Positions 62,635 to 64,000 of a stretch of DNA of 64,000 nt are shown in pieces; positions within the stretch are counted from its first letter, which is position 1, and each line of letters opens with the position of its first letter. The position numbers and the translations under genes are program-made. Location of the stretch: NCBI RefSeq assembly GCF_001194135.2, contig NC_068994.1:17233894-17297893 (forward strand). Reading direction: 5' to 3'. Below the pieces are notes generated by a model, which did no database searches, was not told the DNA's origin, and saw only the letters and a list, made by a program, of their open reading frames with translations. Source of the DNA: Octopus bimaculoides (taxonomy: Eukaryota).

Positions 62635-63293
62635 TTATTACCTCCACCTTAGTGAAGGTAGAGGTATTGTTTTCAGTCATATTTGTTTGTTTGTCTGTGG
62701 ACAAGATATCTCAAGAACCGCTGAATGGATTCGGATGAAACTTTCAGGGATGCTTGATCTTGTGACTGGCACAAATTGATTAGAGTTTTGGATCAATCTG
62801 GTACCGGACAAGGATTCTGCATTATTTTTCTGGGGTTTTTTTTTTTAACTAAATTTTTGAGAGCAGTCAGGTTACCAACGTCGCCTTCCTGGCACGTGAA
62901 AAGTCATTCGAGCGAGATCGTTGCCAGTGCCGCTGGACTGGCTCCTGTGCAGGTGGCACGTAAAATACACCATTTTGAGAGTGGCCGTTGCCAGTACCGC
63001 CTGACTGGCCTCGTGCGGGTGGCACGTAAAAGCACCCACTACACTCTCAGAGTGGTTGGTGTTAGGAAGGGCATCCAGCTGTAGAAACTCTGCCAAATCA
63101 GATTGGAGCCTGGTGTAGCCATCTGGTTCGCCAGTCCTCAATCAAATCGTCCAACCCATGCTAGCATGGAAAGCGGACGTTAAATAATGATGATGACGAT
63201 GATTCTCATTTTAAAAAATCATCTCTGGCTAATCCTTGAGAGGACATTAGTGTTGTCTTGGTGGAGATTTGCCCTCTCTGAGCGCTCATGTTT
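62635..63293 (+). mobile_element. Helentron-derived non-autonomous element (HINE/DINE-1-like) with a nested RTE tail
   Basis: 5' ttATTACCTCCACC with hairpin, gtttgtttgtctg microsatellite, ggattcggatgaaactt; 3' TTGGTGGAGAT subterminal IR plus gccctctctgagcgc hairpin and a T-rich end. Confidence 0.55.
62889..63204 (+). mobile_element. Young RTE-type 3' UTR/tail with tandem units
   Basis: Three ggcacgt(g/a)aaa units, then the conserved tail; CpGs intact. Confidence 0.85.
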
Positions 63294-64000
63294 TATGTAA
63301 TTTTATTACAAGACATTTTAACTTGCATAACCTCACTGTGTTTTCCTTGAGCCTAGAGTTTCTTAGAACCTAGTTAGAGAAACAGCCATGGGGTATGGGG
63401 TGGTTCTAACAATTGTGATAGTTATTAATCTAGTTATTGTGGTGGGGTTGGTTGTGTTGTGGTTGTACTGATGATAGGAGATATGATAGTTGCGCAAACA
63501 GTTGTACTTGTGGTTGTACTAGAGACCTTCTTTTTTGTTGTTCCATTGTAGTTTTAGTAGTGGGAGGGGTTGTGTGTGTGTGGGGTGGGGTTCAGGCATA
63601 ATGTATCTAGGGCTACATTACCCAGTGTGTCCTTTCTGCCTTTAAGACAGGAAAGACACATTGGCGTAATGTGAGAGATACTTAGCTGCAGCATTTAGCA
63701 GGTCAAGCAACCAAGTAGAGGACTCCCCACAAACCTTGCCCCCCCCCCCAATTGGTTTGCCTGTTCTAGTGTTGGTAATTACAATAGTGGTGATGATGGT
63801 TACTGCTGTTGTAATAGTGATGGCCTGGGTGGTAGTTGTTATTTATAAATATGGAGGTAGAAATGATAAGGAGGAGGAAAAGAAAGAGGAAGAACAAAAA
63901 ATTTTTTAAAAAATAAGGAAATGGAGCTAGGATTTCTTTTCAGAAACTAGAATGGTGGCATTGTTATTGTTGTTGTTGTTGTGTGTGTGTGTTTTCCCTT

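Noticed and set aside
54757-64000. Next coding exon of the plus-strand gene
   Set aside because: No acceptor-ORF-donor combination with coiled-coil character found (for example, tag| near 56653 reads to a stop with no evident donor); it probably lies beyond the window.

Overview
AT-rich eukaryotic genomic DNA, very probably octopus (inferred from the repeat families). It is mostly intronic or intergenic and packed with tRNA-derived SINEs, RTE-type 3' tails, MITEs, microsatellites and 11 assembly gaps. Only one convincing host coding exon is present: 53125-54756 (+), about 540 codons of acidic disordered sequence leading into a coiled coil, resembling the N-terminus of CCDC186/CCCP-1. There is one intron-containing tRNA-Leu(CAA) gene or recent pseudogene at 33865-33983. 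Decayed transposon coding remnants include a HERO-like non-LTR element, three Tc1/mariner lineages (DD41D, DD37D, DD34D spacing) and an RTE LINE with a PHD-like insert. The most interesting signals are short units carrying minimal hammerhead-ribozyme motifs of the Penelope-like type. The best one (23765-23801, minus strand) has intact stems, a palindromic ACGU stem III and a non-canonical CUGUUGA core. No CRISPR, rRNA or prokaryotic features. All family assignments come from manual reading and recalled consensus motifs, not database searches; repeat boundaries are approximate unless a TSD is given.
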